From Eutreptiella sp. 'Long Island Sound 2002' (Eukaryota; Protista; Euglenida): DNA of 64,000 bases. Position 1 is the first letter of the stretch. Every line of letters begins with the position of its first letter. Below, piece after piece: positions 61,805-64,000 of the stretch. Position numbers and translations under genes: made by a program. Under the pieces are notes generated by a model. It was not told where the DNA came from, searched no databases, and worked only from the letters and a program-made list of their open reading frames with translations. The stretch is taken from contig OZ038378.1 of NCBI GenBank assembly GCA_964036045.1, positions 146,382,001-146,446,000 of the forward strand, read 5' to 3'.

Positions 61805-61950
61805 ACTAGTTATCACGGGGTTAGAACGGGGTTAGAGCACTAGTTATCGCGTGGGTTATCGCGCGATAACCTAGTTATCGCGGGGGTTATCGCGGGGGTT
61901 ATCGCGCGATAACCTAGTTATCGCGTGGGTTATCGCGTGGGTTATCGCGC
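61805..61950. repeat. 12-bp-period direct repeat array with two perfect 18-bp palindromes
   Basis: Eight GTTATCGCG copies in GGGTTATCGCG(T/G) units, two inverted copies and three degenerate ones; GGTTATCGCGCGATAACC at 61854-61871 and 61897-61914. Confidence 0.9.
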
Positions 61951-61980
61951 TTCATTTTATGTTTCCCCTTTTCGCTTTAG
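61951..61980 (+). promoter_or_regulatory. Polypyrimidine tract plus AG: probable (trans-)splice acceptor upstream of the dioxygenase ATG
   Basis: ttcattttatgtttccccttttcgctttAG, 27 nt before the ATG at 62008; SL trans-splicing is general in Euglenozoa. Confidence 0.55.
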
Positions 61981-62007
61981 CTCTCAAAGCTTTCATATTC
62001 TTTGATA

Positions 62008-63789
62008 ATGGCCCTTGCTGCTGCCCACGCTTGGTGCGAGCACCATCAAAAGCTCCTTGGGGTCCGTCGCCTTGGCGGTACTGAGGGGTTTACGATGGGT
62101 GATGCCAATGTGAGGCGCCCTGTGGCGACCCGCTTTGAACATGGTGTGGACTTTGGACTCCTTGTCCATAAGTCCCCCTTCATGGCGGACAACCGAGACC
62201 CCCTGGTTCTCAGCAACTACATCTTCGAGTTGCTAGAGGTAAATCCAGGGGTTGCTGGATTTTTGATCCAGCTTCATCCGGACGATGTGGACGCGGTGGT
62301 GGAGTCCGTCACCGCCCATGCCGAGAAGGGTGCGGGGACGAAGACGACCCTCTATGTGGGTCAGGAGGAGGAGGAGGAGGAAGTGGAGGAGGAGGAGGAG
62401 GATGCGGGGGGGGTGGGGGCTGGGGGGAGGAAGGAGAAGCCCCACAACCCCCTCATGATTAGTGTCCAGAAGGTAAGGATCCGACCTGGTAAGGGGAAGG
62501 GGCAGTCGGATGGTTGGTTCCCCCAACCCCTCACCCACAACACCCGCCGGGTCTGCACTGACGACCCCGAAAACAAGCTCCCCATGCACTCCCTTTGCCC
62601 CACAAGGGAGTGGGAGCGTGAGTGGTATGGGGTCACCACTCCCAACATTGTTTCGGGGCAGGGGGTGATTCTTTTTCCATTTGGGGCAACACCCCCCCTT
62701 ATTGGGGAGGCGGAGGAGGTGGTTGCCGCCGAGCCCTTGGGGGCCTTTAATAGGGACCCCAATGACCTTGTGCTCACCGTGGGGGGGAAGCTGGTGGTCA
62801 ACCACCTCCTGGAGCACGATTTTTTGAGTGATGTGCAGCTCCAAAGTCTTTTGGATGATTTGGATAGGGTGCCTCTCTCAGAGAAGGCACCCATTTTCAA
62901 TGAGAACCCCCCCATTGTCGGCAGGCCCCAAGATTCTGGGACCCGCCGTACATTGTATGGCAACTATGGGGGTGCCAACCACCACAGGCACAACCCCCAC
63001 AAGCTCCATGATCTGCCAGTCCTCAAAAGGGTGGCAGATCGTGTGCTTGAGACGGCGAAGAAGACTGTGGTGGGGGGGGTTGGATGGAGCTGCACCATCC
63101 TTGACATGGCCGAAATTTCGAGCTATGACCACACCCCCCAGCACCTCCATCGCGACGCCCCCCCCTACACCATTCCTGAAGGCACATTGATTGTCAATTG
63201 CCTTATTATGCTAACCCATAATCATGAGGAGGAGGATGGGTCACATTTTCTTTTTGTGCCCTCCAGCAGTTCGGGGTTCCCTGACCCTTGGGTGGAGAGG
63301 GCTGTGCCATTCAAGAGGGGCACTGCCTTTTTTTTTAATGCCCTTGATGTACACCGGGGGTCGGGGATTCCCAAGGCCTCCCCCACGGGGGTGTCCCACC
63401 CCCGCCTCATGGCATTTTTTGCCATTGAGCTTACCCAAGGGGGGAATCTTCGATTCCCCAACCTGCACGTGACCCAGTCCATTAAGAGGCCCCAGCTGGG
63501 GGCACGTGCTGGCCGGGTGGCCAGGACAGTCCAGTGTGATGGGGCGGTTAGGTGTAGGGGGAAGGTGGTAGCCAATTGCTACGGATGCAATCGGCTGATT
63601 TTGTGCACCGCCCACAAAGATGGCCTTTGTGTGCCATGCCAGGAGGGGGAGGAGGTGGAGGGGGGGGAGGAGGAGGAGGTGGTGGTGGACCCCAATGGGG
63701 TCAGCATTGAGCAATCTGCTCAGTGCTTGCTCCCGGTGGGAACAACCACCGGGCATTTTTTGTTGTCGGGGTGGGGGATTGGGAGGGAG
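62008..63789 (+). CDS. 2OG-Fe(II) dioxygenase (PhyH-like or TET/JBP-like double-stranded beta-helix) plus Cys/His zinc finger; large first exon
   Basis: QHLHRD (HxD at 63148-63156), IVNCLIML, FLFVP, GTAFFFNALDVHRG (distal His 63352), HPRLMAFF (Arg 63403); then C-x5-C-x7-C-x2-C-x5-C-x2-H-x4-C-x2-C, flanked by two acidic runs. Phase-0 donor GTGATT at 63790 (alternative at 63736). Confidence 0.8.
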
Positions 63790-63842
63790 GTGATTGCCCC
63801 CCTCACTTCAAACTTCAAAACCCTCCCTCATTTCGCGCCCAG

Positions 63843-64000
63843 GGCCTCTTATTCTTCATGGACAATGCTGTCAATGAGGCCCTGCGGGCTCTCAACACAG
63901 CCAACCTGCGGCGGTACACCGATCTGCAGTGCCCCAAGGCCCGGCGGCGGCGTTTGAAGGCGGTTCAGCGGCTGGTGCGAGTTCTATTGGGTGACCCAGA
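63843..64000 (+). CDS. Next exon of the dioxygenase gene; open to the window edge
   Basis: Acceptor tttcgcgcccAG (63841-42), then GLLFFMDNAVNEALRALNTANLRRYTDLQCPKARRRRLKAVQRLVRVLLGDP in a different frame from the ORF track; implies a 53-nt intron. Confidence 0.65.

Noticed and set aside
61805-61950. Interstitial telomere
   Set aside because: GGGTTA is always followed by TCGCG (or GAAC/GAGC) in a 12-bp period with inversions; it is not (TTAGGG)n.
62600-62700. GVILFPFG as a degenerate methyltransferase motif I in the dioxygenase N-terminus
   Set aside because: Lacks the Asp and the FxGxG glycines, and no motif IV was found.
49787-64000. Dioxygenase plus glycosyltransferase as a base-J-like biosynthetic cluster
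   Set aside because: The known J glucosyltransferase is GT-A fold, whereas this is a GT-B (GT4) GLT1D1 orthologue with ordinary intron structure 6.5 kb away; adjacency alone is not evidence.

Overview
Eukaryotic, repeat-dense 64 kb window, probably from a euglenid. That is an inference from GT-AG introns with GTGTG/GTATG/GTAAG donors, GC-rich exons in mosaic repeat-filled introns, and many G/C homopolymer runs. Host genes I could assemble by hand: a secreted beta-sandwich protein (-), an intronless 2-TM membrane protein (-), a divergent ARF/ARL-like GTPase (3 exons found, -), a 4-exon GLT1D1-type GT4 glycosyltransferase (-), and a 2OG-Fe(II) dioxygenase plus Cys/His zinc-finger gene (+) that runs off the right end. 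Mobile DNA: a 5'-truncated LINE (RT-RNase H-CCHC) with poly(A) tail and 20-25 bp TSD, two RNase H retroelement remnants, at least five PIF/Harbinger-type non-autonomous elements with 3-bp TSDs, MITEs and a 238-bp foldback. Most striking: (i) two diverged Penelope-like RT copies with no recognisable endonuclease (the longer one with an FRDN active site), both sitting exactly in the poly(C) tract of a ~190-bp tandem repeat with a shared 3' end; (ii) a 12-bp-period repeat/palindrome array directly in front of the dioxygenase-zinc-finger gene. All analysis was by eye; no searches or alignments were run.
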